A DNA stretch of 64,000 nucleotides from Eledone cirrhosa (GCA_964016885.1 OZ024747.1:55986001-56050000); one strand, 5' to 3'. Shown: positions 29,514-41,636, counted from the first letter of the stretch. Notes: generated by a model from the letters alone, not told the origin. A program made the numbers and translations.

Positions 29514-29819
29514 ATGTATATAAAATTGTAAAGGGAGAATAAAAGGTGAAATATCCAGTGAATAAGTGGAATCTAAAATCTAGAGTGTAGGGTGGCCTAG
29601 GAGAGAGTAAACAGAAATCTGATTCCAGTTCCATTATGTCATGTGACCATAATATAATTGGATATAAATTATAATTAATCACTAGCTCAGTGATATGATA
29701 AACTCATGTGAGGGAGGTCTGTGATGAAACAGATGGAAAAATATAATAATTATTTACTCAGCTCTTCCCCAACATCCATACACACACACACACACATTCA
29801 CACACATCCCCACACACAT

Positions 29820-30171
29820 GTCATTTCATCATCATTTCATCATTTCATTTTACGTCCGCTTTTCCCTGCTTGCAAGGGTGGGACGGGAACTGATTCTGGC
29901 TTGATTTCTACAGCTGGATGCCCTTCCTAACACCAACCTCATTTACAGTGAGTGCTGGGTGCTTTTTCGCCGTGGCACCTCCACGACCACTTTGCAGTGG
30001 AATGATAGGGACCCCAGTCCCTATCATCTCATTTCTACAGCTGAGTAAACTGGAGCAATGTGAAATAAAGTGTCTTGCTCAAGGAAACAACACATCACCT
30101 GGTCTGAGAATTGAACTCACAACCTTTTCGATTGCAAGCCCAATGCTCTAACCACTAAGCCATGTGCCTCC
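29820..30171 (-). mobile_element. SINE family A
   Basis: Reverse near-identical copy. Confidence 0.9.
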
Positions 30172-30270
30172 ATCATGTGTATATATATATATGTTCTATA
30201 TTTTTAAGATGAGGAATTATTTACATTATATACATTGGACAGATAGGTGTCCTCATCTTGTTTTGTTGTT

Positions 30271-30316
30271 AATACAACGTTTCGGCTGATGTACTCTCCA
30301 GCCTTCATCAGGTGTC
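30271..30316 (-). ncRNA. Minimal hammerhead in pLTR
   Basis: GACAC CUGAUGA a GGCUG-loop-CAGCC GAA ACGU U | GUAUU. Confidence 0.7.
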
Positions 30317-30772
30317 CTAGTGATGTTATTATTAACGTTTGTTCAGGTCACTGCCTACAATTGTACTCGGAATCTTGAGGTTAGTCGCCCGCTTTTTAAC
30401 CACTTTTTTTTTTCCCCCGTGATTTTTTTTTTCTCGAGAATTTTTTTTTTTTCTTTCGTGTATTTTTAGGGCTTATAAACTGATATTTTTCTATCCTTCC
30501 TCAATACCAATTCCCATATACTACTCATATCTGCATTATGTCTGCTTAGGAGATTATTGTGTCCTAGCATATGTGCTGCCTCTTTTAGTTTTCGTGTTTT
30601 CCAGTGGTGTTCTCTGTCTATTATTAAAAAAAAAAAAAATTTCACGAGAAAAAAAAACCCGGGGTGGGGGGGGGGGGGGTGAAATGTGGTTAAAAAGCGG
30701 GCGACTAACCTCAAGATTCCGAGTACAATTCTAGGCAGTGACCTGAACAAACGTTAATAATAACATCACTAG

Positions 30773-30815
30773 GACACCTGATGAAGGCTGGAGAGTACAT
30801 CAGCCGAAACGTGTT
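30773..30815 (+). ncRNA. Minimal hammerhead in inverted pLTR
   Basis: Same core; 2-nt deletion after ACGU relative to the other arm. Confidence 0.6.
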
Positions 30816-30885
30816 AACAACAAAACAAGAAGAGGACACCTATCCGTCCAATGTATATAATGTATATATATATATATACATATAT

Positions 30886-31405
30886 AAAAGTGCAGGGTGA
30901 GCAAGATTGATGGAAGTCATGGAGTAGGTAGACCCAGATAAACCTGGGACGACATGATAAAATCCGACCTTGCACACTTGCACCTCTCTAAGACAATGTC
31001 ACTGGATCAAGATCTTTGGTGCCACGCAGTAATACAGAAGACCCGCCTTCCCTATGTGCAAAGTTAACCTACAGTCAGTAGGCCCTCCTAACCAAATATA
31101 CACCACAACCCACTACCCCTACTCCATCCTCCCACTCCTACCAACACCACCTTTTCTTTGTAAAGTTATGATGGTACCACAACATCCAGTCTAAACAAAA
31201 GTGGTCATAAAAAAAACACAGTCCACACTGTAATGTGCTGGTGTAGGAAACACAGTAAAAAGGCTCCCAGTCCATACGGTAAATGTGGTTGATGTTAGGA
31301 AAGGCATCCAGCCATAGAAAACCTGCTAGATACAGTTCTATATGAGTGAGACACGGTCACCCAATCAATGCTAGTGTGGAAGTTAGACGTTAAATGATGA
31401 TGATA
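30886..31405 (+). mobile_element. RTE family C 3' copy
   Basis: Homology to 7340-7897. Confidence 0.8.
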
Positions 31406-31508
31406 TATATGTAAAAATCAAAATGGATTCAGTAAGAAACTAGTTAGACCATTACTCACCAGAGTACTTGATACTAAGGGTAGTAGAGTATACTTATATA
31501 TGTATATA

Positions 31509-31890
31509 TAAAGTGTGAACATTAGAACATGTTCTATACAGATCACATTATATAAGGAAAATTATTAAAAAAGGGTTTGAAAAGCACACCTGGTATATGT
31601 ATATATAAAGTATTTTTATAACAGGTGCAAAAATTGCTGTTAAAAATAGATGTTAGCAAAGCCTGCTTTCTTCGTTTGGGATTATCAAGATATTGGGTTA
31701 AAATGTTTTTTCTTAAAATTCCTGCATGCTAATTCTTGACTACATTGGGTTAAAGAAAAAATAATTTAACCTAATAAAAAATATTTTGATAATCCAAAAT
31801 GGATAAAGCAGGCTTTGCTAACGTCAATTTTTGTACATGTTATAAAGATCCTTAATATATATATTAGGTGTGCTTCTCAAACACGTTTTT
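31509..31890. mobile_element. Foldback/MITE-like element with long imperfect TIRs
   Basis: Perfect 18-bp core IR at 31652-31669 / 31805-31822, extending to 31576/31881; second partial copy at 50767-50980. Confidence 0.6.
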
Positions 31891-31914
31891 TATCCTCTTC
31901 CTCATATATATATC

Positions 31915-32312
31915 ATCATCATGATCCTTGCATGGGTTGTGTGGGTCCTTCCCTGCATGTCGCAATCCGTTGTCTCAGTGATTTGAGGTCAGTTCTCACA
32001 AGATCTTCCCATGTCTTTCTTGGTCTACCTCAACAGTGGCTTTCTTCCACTGGCATTTGCTGGCAGTTCTTCACCCAATGATCATTATCCATGAGCATCA
32101 CATGTTCAAACCAATGCAGTCTTCTCTCCTGCATCCCACTTTGGATTCGTCTTAAACCCAGCTTCTCCCTCAACTCATGTCACACTCTGCCTCTCTGTCA
32201 CACTTAAATTGCACATCCAATAGAGCATGGTTAGTTCATTTCTCTCCAGTCTCTGCACATCCTCCACGGTTAAATCCCATGTTTCACTACCATGCAGCAT
32301 TGCACTTCACAC
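31915..32312 (-). mobile_element. RTE LINE 3' fragment
   Basis: Reverse strand RRLHWFEHVM...GRPRKTWEDL. Confidence 0.8.
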
Positions 32313-33644
32313 ACATATATATACATATATTCTCAGTGCTTCAAAAGCCGAAAATTCGGCTTCATACATTCTTTAGAAGAAGTGTTTTAAGGTTATTTTT
32401 TTCCACTAAGGCAAGGATTAGCTTTGTTGGCTCAATGACAAACTTTTCCATTTTGCCCTATTGACTGCATCTCCCATCACAAATACTGTCATTGGCTTTC
32501 ATTTCCTCCTCCATCATTCACAGTTGTGTCTTTCAGGGTCTTCCCCTTCTTCTACATCTTTCTACATTTATTTCCATCACTCCTCTAACCCAATCATTTT
32601 CATTCTTTCTCAACACATGATCCAGCCATTCCATTCACAACATTCAACACAGGGTTTATTCCCCTTATCCAGTTACTTTCATGAACCAACTATCTCATTT
32701 CTCCATCATTTCTCCTCATGGAATTCATTATTTGTTTTCCTCTCTTTAAGCAATACTTCACTCACCCACTAAACCATTCTCATTTCTATTCTGTCCAACC
32801 TTCTCTTTTGCTTGATGTTCATCACCCATGTTTTTTACTCCCATAAATCATGGAACTTCTCACACATGCAGCATACATCTTTCCCTTTCCTGACTAAGAT
32901 ATATATTTTTTGAAATTAGTTTCAGTTTTCCAACAGACTAAATTAAATCAACTGACTCAGCAAAGACATACAACTCCAATATTTTGTTATGTTTGCCAAT
33001 AAAAACACAAAATTTTCCTATGAGAAAGTAAAACCACTGGGTTATCTCCAAAATATGACCGATTACTGACAACTTCAATTTACTTATTTCTATGAAATAA
33101 TTGCCTGAAAAATTTGCCCAATTAAATGAAAATCTAGAAAATTCTATCCAAAAGTCACAATTCATAATCCAATTAGCAAATTACTGAGACAAACAAGTCC
33201 ACAAATGATTGAAATTGCTTTTATAATAAAGAAAAATAAGCACTAAAAATATTAATCTATCTACCTATATCGTTCTCCCTATGTATGTATGTATGTACGT
33301 ATGTATGTGTGTTTATATGTATATATATATTGATTTTCATATGAAGTGAGATGTGTTCTAACAGAATTTTCTCAAGAAAGCCAGAAATAAACAACAAAAT
33401 AGGCAATGCAATCTCTTTACACATAAAAAAATAGTTCCTAACATACACAGTAAAATATGTAAACATATACACATTTTGGAATAAATGTAACAAATGTTTT
33501 AAGGCTATTTTCTTTGCTAAAGCAAAGGTTAGCTTTGCAGGTCTCATGACAAGCTTCTTCATTTTGCCCTACCCTACACAACTTCACTTCTTACTGACCT
33601 CCGAGCTTTCATTTACTTCTTTACCTTTTATCTCTTAGTCCTCT

Positions 33645-34070
33645 CCTTCCTCAACACATGACCCAACCATCTCATTCCATTTCCCTTCACACCATTCATC
33701 AATGGCTCTTTTTCTCTCATTCAGTCACGTTTATCCTTCCTCAACACATGACCCAACCATCTCATTCCATTCCCCTTCACACCATTCATCGATGGCTCTT
33801 TTTCTCTCATTCAGTCACTTTTATCCTTCCTCAACACATGACCTAACCATCTCATTCCATTTCCCTTCACACCATTCATCAATGGCTCTTTTTCTCTCAC
33901 TCAGTCACTTTTATCTTTCCTCAACACATGACCCAACAATCTCATTCTGTTTTGCTTCACACCATTAATCACTGACTCTATTTCTCTCACCCAGTCACAT
34001 CCTTCCTCAACACATGACCCAACGATCTTATTTTATTTCTCTTCACAGTATTCATCACTGACTCTATTCC
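33645..34070. repeat. 90-bp tandem repeat (about 5 units) within an old RTE-like fragment
   Basis: acacatg ends at 33660, 33750, 33840, 33930 and 34016; minus strand reads MRWLGHVLRK. Confidence 0.9.
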
Positions 34071-34247
34071 TATCATCTGCTACTCATTATTTGTCTTCTC
34101 TCTGAGTAATATTCCACTTATTCACTGGAATATTCTTATTTCATTTCTTCCCAGCCTTATGTGTTGTTCTTTTGCGAGCAAAACAAATAAAATTTAATCA
34201 ATTTAGACTACACACGACCAAGAAGAAAAAATAAATTGTGAGATATA

Positions 34248-34481
34248 ACCCCTTTGATACAAACTGTCTGAAATGGCCTATGGTTCTATGATACAAAGCT
34301 TTTATTTTAGGATGTTTATGTTTATCTAAAAACACATCATAATTTTATGTAAGAATCTGTGTGATGTTCCAAACACCAGCTTAATAAAAAGAAATTTAGT
34401 CCAAATATTTGATAATTTTCAAAATGGTTTGAGAACCATAGGCAGCGCATTTCATAAGAAATATGGTAAGAAATGAGTTAA
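34248..34481. mobile_element. TTAA-type MITE family 2
   Basis: taacccctttgatac...ggtaagaaatgagttaa; similar to 3263-3527 in reverse. Confidence 0.5.
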
Positions 34482-34650
34482 TGAATAATTGATTGTGACC
34501 TAGAGTGATAAGAATTAAATAGGAACGATGCAATGAGAAGTAAACCTTATAATTACAGTGCCAAATTTGGACATCTCTCAGTCTTATTAAACTTCCTCAC
34601 TGAAGCAGAATTTTAATAGTATAATGGGTAATTATTATGCCTATTTCAAA

Positions 34651-35078
34651 CAATAACAATTGTTTCTACTTTTGGTACAAGGCCAGCAATTACCCAGTAT
34701 ATTACTAGTACTTTATTTTATCGACCCTGTAAGGATGAAAGGCAAAGTTAACCTTGGAGGGATTTGAACTCAGTCCGTAAAGGGACGTAACTCTATGCCA
34801 CAAAACATGGTGTCCGACCCTCTACTGACACTGCCACAATAACAATGAGACTAAAATATATCTGCTCATTATAGCAGTATAGCAGCAAATCTGGACATGT
34901 TTCAGATCGGTAGAAGGTTGGACGCCATGCTTTCCAGCATAGTTACGTCCCTTTATGGTCTGAATTAAAATCCTGCCGAGGTTAACTTTGCCTTTCATCC
35001 TTACAGGGTCGATAATATAAAGTACCCGTAATGCACTGAGTAATTGCTGGCCTTGTGCCAAAAGTAGAAACAATTATT
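34651..35078. mobile_element. Two SINE B copies head-to-head (34651-34826 minus, 34906-35078 plus)
   Basis: Reverse-complementary family matches separated by ~80 bp. Confidence 0.85.
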
Positions 35079-35356
35079 ACTCCACAGTAACATAGACTCT
35101 AACCAATACATTGGTTATTGTGTTTGTCATGAAGAGAGTACAAAGCTGATAGTCCTATCTCAAGCAACAACGATTGAACTAAAATCTTAAAGATTAAATG
35201 GAAGCATGCAGTGGGGGAAAATACTTAACTTTAACAATATAATGTTGACTCTAAACTTGTTTTATCTTATTAAAACCACCTCAGCAAAGCAGAATCGTGC
35301 CAGTACAGTGTCCATTACATGCTATCAATAGAGTAAACTTTTAACTTTTAGTGCTC

Positions 35357-35403
<47 letters not shown>

Positions 35404-35562
35404 AAGATTGAAGAATAAAATGGTCGGCTGTACAAAGAGGGTTTTATTTCAAGTATTAACAATTGTCTCATTGATCAGGTGAGTCTAAAGGCCGCTAATC
35501 ACTCGAAGTTGTGTCACTCGACCTTAAATACAATGTTTACCTCTGATTAAATCATCGGAATA

Positions 35563-35614
<52 letters not shown>

Positions 35615-35931
35615 GCACACCTAACCACACACACCACCTTCAGCCCTCCCCACTCGGACACCCCGTCTCCCTCTCCCCACTCCACCCGCCACCACCCCTA
35701 CTCACCCCACACCCTTCCACCACCTGTTTACCCCCCTTTTAATTTCAGTTTATTTTGATCATGCCTTTATTTTTAAATTTTCTCATTCCTTGTATTTTGA
35801 TCATGCTTTATTTTTATTTATTATATTTTTTGTCTTTATTTGTTAATTTTTCATTCGCACCGTTTCCTTTCGCTATATGTCTCTCCACCACTCCCCTACA
35901 CACCTTTTGAACTCTGTTCCCACACACTTCT

Positions 35932-35965
35932 CACCTAAAGAAGGGCTTATGCCCGAAACGTCGTC
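35932..35965 (+). ncRNA. Decayed minimal hammerhead (pLTR-like)
   Basis: CUAAAGA a GGGC uuau GCCC GAA ACGU C; core G5 changed to A. Confidence 0.45.
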
Positions 35966-36052
35966 CCCCACCTACCCCCCACTCTCCTGAGCGTGAATTT
36001 AATAAACATTTATTGTACTGCCTCTCTCTTCTGTCCCTGTTCAATTTTTCAT

Positions 36053-36087
<35 letters not shown>

Positions 36088-36174
36088 GCAAAACACAAAC
36101 AGAAATAACAAAGCAAATGACATAGTATGAGGAAAAAATATATTAGTTTTATGCTTGTTATAGTAGGAAAAGAG

Positions 36175-36210
36175 TCTTAACGTTTTGGATGTTATTCTTT
36201 CATCAGAAAA
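36175..36210 (-). ncRNA. Decayed hammerhead, group II
   Basis: UUUU CUGAUGA a AGA..UCC AAA ACGU U AAGA; GAAA mutated. Confidence 0.45.
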
Positions 36211-36777
36211 AGAAGAAATAGAAAGATTGAGGATGCGGGCAGTGGCAGAAACATTGGCGAGTGTATTTACCATAAGTTTGGTTCAACCTAAGCCTTGTGA
36301 CTTTATTTGGTTTGATGTAATCTGTACTGAAGCCTGTTGCATGGATTGTATCTGTAATTAAAAGGTCCATGCCTGTCATACTGAATCTCCCTGAGAATTA
36401 GAGTAACCTTTTGTGACCATATTTCTAATGATATACAAATTCTATTTGAATCAATTGAGGGATCTAGTAAAATTATAAATTATTTCATTACTAAGATAGT
36501 AACTTATTATATATTTCTTATGTTTAAAGATGTTAATTGAAATAGAAGCCCTTTAAATTGGTGGTTTTGTTTCATAAAATAAAAAGTCAATTTTTGTTGG
36601 GTTAGTATAAACAAATTTAAGTCTCCACAGGGCCGTGGGGCAGCCAGCACATGGGACCCTATTTGCTCATAATAGTGAGAGATGGGGAGGGTGAGAATGA
36701 TGGAGGCGATGACAGTAGAAATTTGGTTCCTCTGTGTTTGGACCTGGTGTATGTCTATGTGCATGTTTACCATTATT

Positions 36778-37106
36778 GTAGCGAGAATGGCCAGTGTGAA
36801 TGCACCTACTCTGATCATGCGCCTATAGGCTAGCTAACTTGAGAAGAGGGGTGCTCTCTCTGGGTGGCCTAGAAGCGCAGGGTGGTTCAGGATTGGTGGG
36901 GTACCTGAGTCACCCCTGGGTCGTCCACCCCTGTAGGGGAATTTATTTTGTTATATTTATGCATAGTTTATTTTATATTTTTATATCTTCATTGTTAAAT
37001 TAGTCTTGCCATTGTGCACTTTTACTCGACCTTATTGTAAACCCCCACTGTACCTGTCTTTGTATTGTCCCCTACATGTCAGCCCTTGTGGCTAATAAAT
37101 GAAATC
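36778..37106 (+). mobile_element. Tx1-type LINE extreme 3' end (sister family)
   Basis: VARMASVNAPTLIMRL* aligns with VARMARVNGPSLYIRL* at 47339; similar UTR end; cattatt on both flanks. Confidence 0.75.
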
Positions 37107-37127
37107 ATTATTATTATTATTATTATT

Positions 37128-38166
37128 AAGGGTGGTGGATTGGCAGTATTGGTAGGGGGTCAGACACCATGCTTTGCAGGAAAGAGTGTTGGCCCTTTAG
37201 GGTCTGAGTTCAAATCCCTCCGAGGTTAACTTTGCCTTTCATCCTTATGGGGTCGATAAAATAAAGTACCAGTCACGCACTAAGGTCGATTTAATCGATT
37301 TTCCGCTCCCCAAAAATTGCTGGCCTTGTGCCTATATAAGAAACCATTATTATTATTGGTGGATTGGCAGTATCGGTAGAGGGTCGGACGCCATGCTTTG
37401 ATGAATAGAGTTATGGCCCCTGCCATTCTGAGTTCAAATCCCCCCGAGGTTAACTTTGCCTTTCATCCTTATGGGGTCGATAAAATAAAGTACCAGTAAT
37501 GTACTGAGTAATTGCTGGCCTTGTGCCAAAAGTAGAAACAATTATTATTATTATTATTAATATTGTTATATTCTATTTAGAATAACCAAAGGATTTCCCT
37601 ACTGAAATACATCATCGGAATGAAGCAAAGTTTCATTTTTCTATATGTATCAACAATAGTTTCATTGCCATACCAACACCCTAGTACTTACCTAACATAT
37701 CTTTAGAACTTGTCCCGAGATTAGCTTTGCCTTTCATCCATACGGGTTTGATAAAATAATGCACCAGTAATGCACTAGGGTAATTGCTGGCCTTGTGCCA
37801 ACAATAGAAACAATTATTAATTTTAGGGTCGGACGCCATGCTTTGATGCATAGAGTTATGGCCCATGCCATTCTGAGTTCAAATCCCCCCGAGATTAACT
37901 TTGCCTTTCATCCTTACTGGGTCGATAAAATAAAGTACCAGTAATGTACTGGGAAATTGCTGGCCTTGTGCCAAAAATAGAAACAATTATTAATTTTAGG
38001 GTTGGACGCCATGCTTTGACGCATAGAGTTATGGCCCATGCCATTCTGAGTTCAAATCCCCCCGAGATTAACTTTGCCTTTCATCCTTACTGGGTCGATA
38101 AAATAAAGTACCAGTAATGTACTGAGTTATTGCTGGCCTTGTGCCAAAAATAGAAACAATTATTAA
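37128..38166 (+). mobile_element. Cluster of five SINE B copies including a 173-bp tandem duplication
   Basis: Repeated bodies and tails; units at 37825 and 37998 share private variants. Confidence 0.85.
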
Positions 38167-38606
38167 TGCATTTTCTCACTATAATAGATTTTTATTGTTT
38201 TTTTGTTTTTTTGAGAGAGAAAATAACAAGAAAGAATCCTCTCATTCTTTGATCTTGAGCTAAACTAGCATCTTATCAATATTTATGTGTATGTATGGGA
38301 TATTTGATCATATATGTGAGTGCATGTTTGCCTGTTTATATCTTTAATGTAGATCTTTATGTATGTACATGTGCCTGTATGTGTGTATAACTACTTGTAT
38401 GTATCTATGTGTGTATATGTGTATGTACGTGGGCCTGTATGTGTGTGTAACTACTTGTATGTATGTGTGTGTGTATATATGTATATGTATGTGCCTGTAT
38501 ATTTGGATGAATTTTCTTTATGGATAAAAATATTATGTTTGTGTGTGTGTGTGTGTGTGTTTCTGTATATACATATATATACACTACACACACACACACA
38601 CGCACG

Positions 38607-38645
<39 letters not shown>

Positions 38646-38671
38646 ACACACACACACACATATATAGATAT

Positions 38672-38788
38672 ATAGGAGAAAGTATGACCCCGACGGCAGA
38701 GCTCAAGCCGTTTCGACGGCTATTTCTTGTACAGAAATAGCGATCGAAACGGCTTGAGCTCTGCCGTTGGGGTCATACTTTCTCCTAT
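38672..38788. repeat. Palindrome with 56-bp arms
   Basis: ataggagaaag...ctatttct tgtac agaaatag...ctttctcctat; 3 mismatches. Confidence 0.92.
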
Positions 38789-38884
38789 TACCCACTCTAC
38801 TACCCCAAGTATTGAGTACTGTGGTGCGTTATGGTCCATCTGGTTCCTTACCACAACTCCTTCGTTATATATATATATATATAT

Positions 38885-39238
38885 GGAGGCACATGGCTTA
38901 GGGGTTAGAGCATTGGGCTTGCAATCGAAAGGTTGTGAGTTCAATTCTCAGACCGGGTGATGTGTTGTTTCCTTGAGCAAGACACTTTATTTCACATTGC
39001 TCCAGTTTACTCAGCTCTAGAAATGAGATGATAGGGACAGGTGTCCCTATCATTCCACTGCAAAGTGGTCGTGTAGGTGCCACGGCAAAAAAGCACCCAG
39101 CACTCACTGCAAATGAGGTTGGTGTTAGGAAGGGCATCCAGCTGTAGAAATCAAGCCAGAATCAGTTCCCGTCCCACCCTTGCAAGCAGGGAAAAGTGGA
39201 CGTAAAATGATGATGATGATGATTATGATGATGATGAT
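38885..39238 (+). mobile_element. SINE family A
   Basis: Full-length copy. Confidence 0.9.
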
Positions 39239-39914
39239 ACACATGCACACACACACATACACACATATAGATATATACTTTGGGTTCAAATCTCTCCATG
39301 TCAAATTTACATTTCAGCTTTTTGAGCTTGATAAATAAGTACCAGTTCAGTACTGGGGTCAGTTCTTTCTCTAGCTCACTTTATCATTCCCCCACACTCA
39401 CACTCCTTCTTTCTCTCTCTCTTATATTTTCCCTATTCCGAGCTGGAGAGTTATGGGCCCTGCCAGGTTTTAAAGTGCCAAAGACATGCCATGCATTATG
39501 ATGGCAGCCCTACATACATATATGTGTGTGTGCACGCATGTGTGTGTATGCATGTGTGTGTGTGTGTGTGTTTCTATGTTTATGTCAGTGTATGTGTTGA
39601 TGTCCTCTAGCTTAGTGGTTTGATAAAGAAGAGATCAATGAAATAAGTTCTAGGGGTCAGTATTATTGACTAAATCCCCTCTAGGTGGTGCCCCAGCATG
39701 GCTGCAGTGTAATTATTGAAACCAGTAGAAGAGTGAAAAAGTATTCAATATATCTTAACAGTTTCTATCAATCAATATTCACATGTCTAGTTAAATATTG
39801 CTCTTGTCTTCTCCATATGAAATGTGTTTAAAATTATGTTGCGGGATAGTGTTATTGTTGTTTTAGTTGTTCTTGTGTTTGCTGCTAAGGTTGTTGTTGT
39901 CAGTGATATTTTTT

Positions 39915-40181
39915 TTTGTTGTTGTTGTTGTTGTTGGTGTTGGTGTTGGTGTTGGTGTTGGTGTTGGTTTCATTGATGTTTTCATTGTTGTTGATGTTAA
40001 TTTTTTTTATTATTGTGCTTATTGTTTTTGTTGCAGTTGTTATTTTTATTGTTATTTTACCCTCACCATCATCACTACCGTTACCATAATTACTACCATC
40101 AGCACCACCACCACCACCACCACCACTACCACCACCACCTCCATTACCAAAGTCTCCATCACTATTACCACCACCACCACC

Positions 40182-40245
<64 letters not shown>

Positions 40246-40356
40246 TCACCACCACCATCAGTCACCATCATTACCAGCATCACCAGCACCACTACCATGT
40301 TAGTGTTGATGTTAGTTTCCCACTCTATCACAATCCATTTCCATGGTATGTAGAAC

Positions 40357-40405
<49 letters not shown>
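39915..40405. repeat. (GTT)/(GGTGTT)/(CAC)/(AAC)/(GA) microsatellite cluster
   Basis: Direct reading. Confidence 0.9.
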
Positions 40406-40409
<4 letters not shown>

Positions 40410-41133
40410 GGTAAGTCTTTGATTCCACAAGGTAGCAATTATCTATAGTAAATGTGATGGAAGTCAACAGAGTGTGACTGGATATCTTGGTGACTAAGTA
40501 CAGTGTCTACCACTACCACCACCACCCTACCACCTCTATATACTACTACCACCACACTACCACCTCTATCTACTACCACCATCACACTACCATCTCTGTC
40601 TACCAGGTTTGGCTTCATTGTAGTAATGGTATTAACAATAATAACAAACATGCCAATGTGTTCTTTGAAAATAGGCTGTCTTGCTTACCTCTTCTTCACT
40701 GTCACATGACAGGGAACATAGAGCTTACTACTGTAATGGCAAATTCACACCAAGAGTGTAGGCTAGTAATCGACCTGTTCTGAAGAAGCTAATTCCACAC
40801 TGATGAAGCTGTTCTTAGGCAATTACGTAATGCTTAATAATATTACCTAATTTCTGTGCATACCAGTTCCACGTGGACTGTGACCAGCAGATGGAGTTGC
40901 AGAAACTAATGCATTAGTCCAAAAAGTTGTTTTTCTCACTGTTTAATGTATTAAACATGCATTCTGCTTTCCTTTTGGTTTGTATCTTAATGATACTGTC
41001 TCAATTAAATCATTGAGTGAGTGGGAAAACGATCAAAGGTATATCTGTTCTATCTGGTGATTTCCTTTCAGTATTATATATATATATATATATATATTAA
41101 GAATATTTTCGAAACAGCGAGTTGGTTTGAAAT

Positions 41134-41345
41134 TATTAGAAATACAAGCTATCACCGTATTTTTACTAAAGAAATTAAATAAATTATTTAGCCTGATAGT
41201 GGGGTTAAGAACTGAAATGGAAAAAGATGTGTATTGACGGTCAATCAATACTCATCTTTTTCCATTTCTCCGAGGGTTCTTAACCCCACTATCAGGCTAA
41301 TTAATTTCTTTAATTTCTTTAGTCAAAATACGGCGATAGCTTACA

Positions 41346-41354
<9 letters not shown>
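41134..41354. repeat. Imperfect palindrome with ~105-bp arms
   Basis: tagcctgatagtggggttaagaac / gttcttaaccccactatcaggcta; 7-nt loop at 41238-41244. Confidence 0.9.
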
Positions 41355-41389
<35 letters not shown>

Positions 41390-41428
41390 GATATTAATAA
41401 ATGGAAACTATATTTATAAAACCATATT

Positions 41429-41493
41429 TATTTCATTATACATATTTCAGGGATACCAAATTAAATTATGGTATGCCTTCATCAGACAAAATA
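41429..41493 (-). ncRNA. Minimal type I hammerhead, group I
   Basis: UAUUUUGU CUGAUGA [AGG C AUACCA..UGGUAU C CCU] GAA AUAUGUAU A | AUGAAAUA. Confidence 0.75.
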
Positions 41494-41636
41494 CAATATA
41501 TAACAGTTTTACAAATAAGCTTTGACGTACCCTATTAAAATGCAACCATTATTTTTGGAAGCCATCTGGCTTATATATATATATATATATATTAAATTCA
41601 AATATTAATAAAATAGATGTTCTTTTGATCAATAAA

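Larger units (their letters stand above)
30193..30864 (-). mobile_element. Penelope-like element: inverted pLTR, GIY-YIG-end fragment, pLTR
   Basis: Arms 30222-30452 and 30626-30864 are inverted copies; spacer encodes IIDREHHWKTRKLKEAAHM..LLSR...W..VL*; (TA)n on both sides. Confidence 0.85.
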
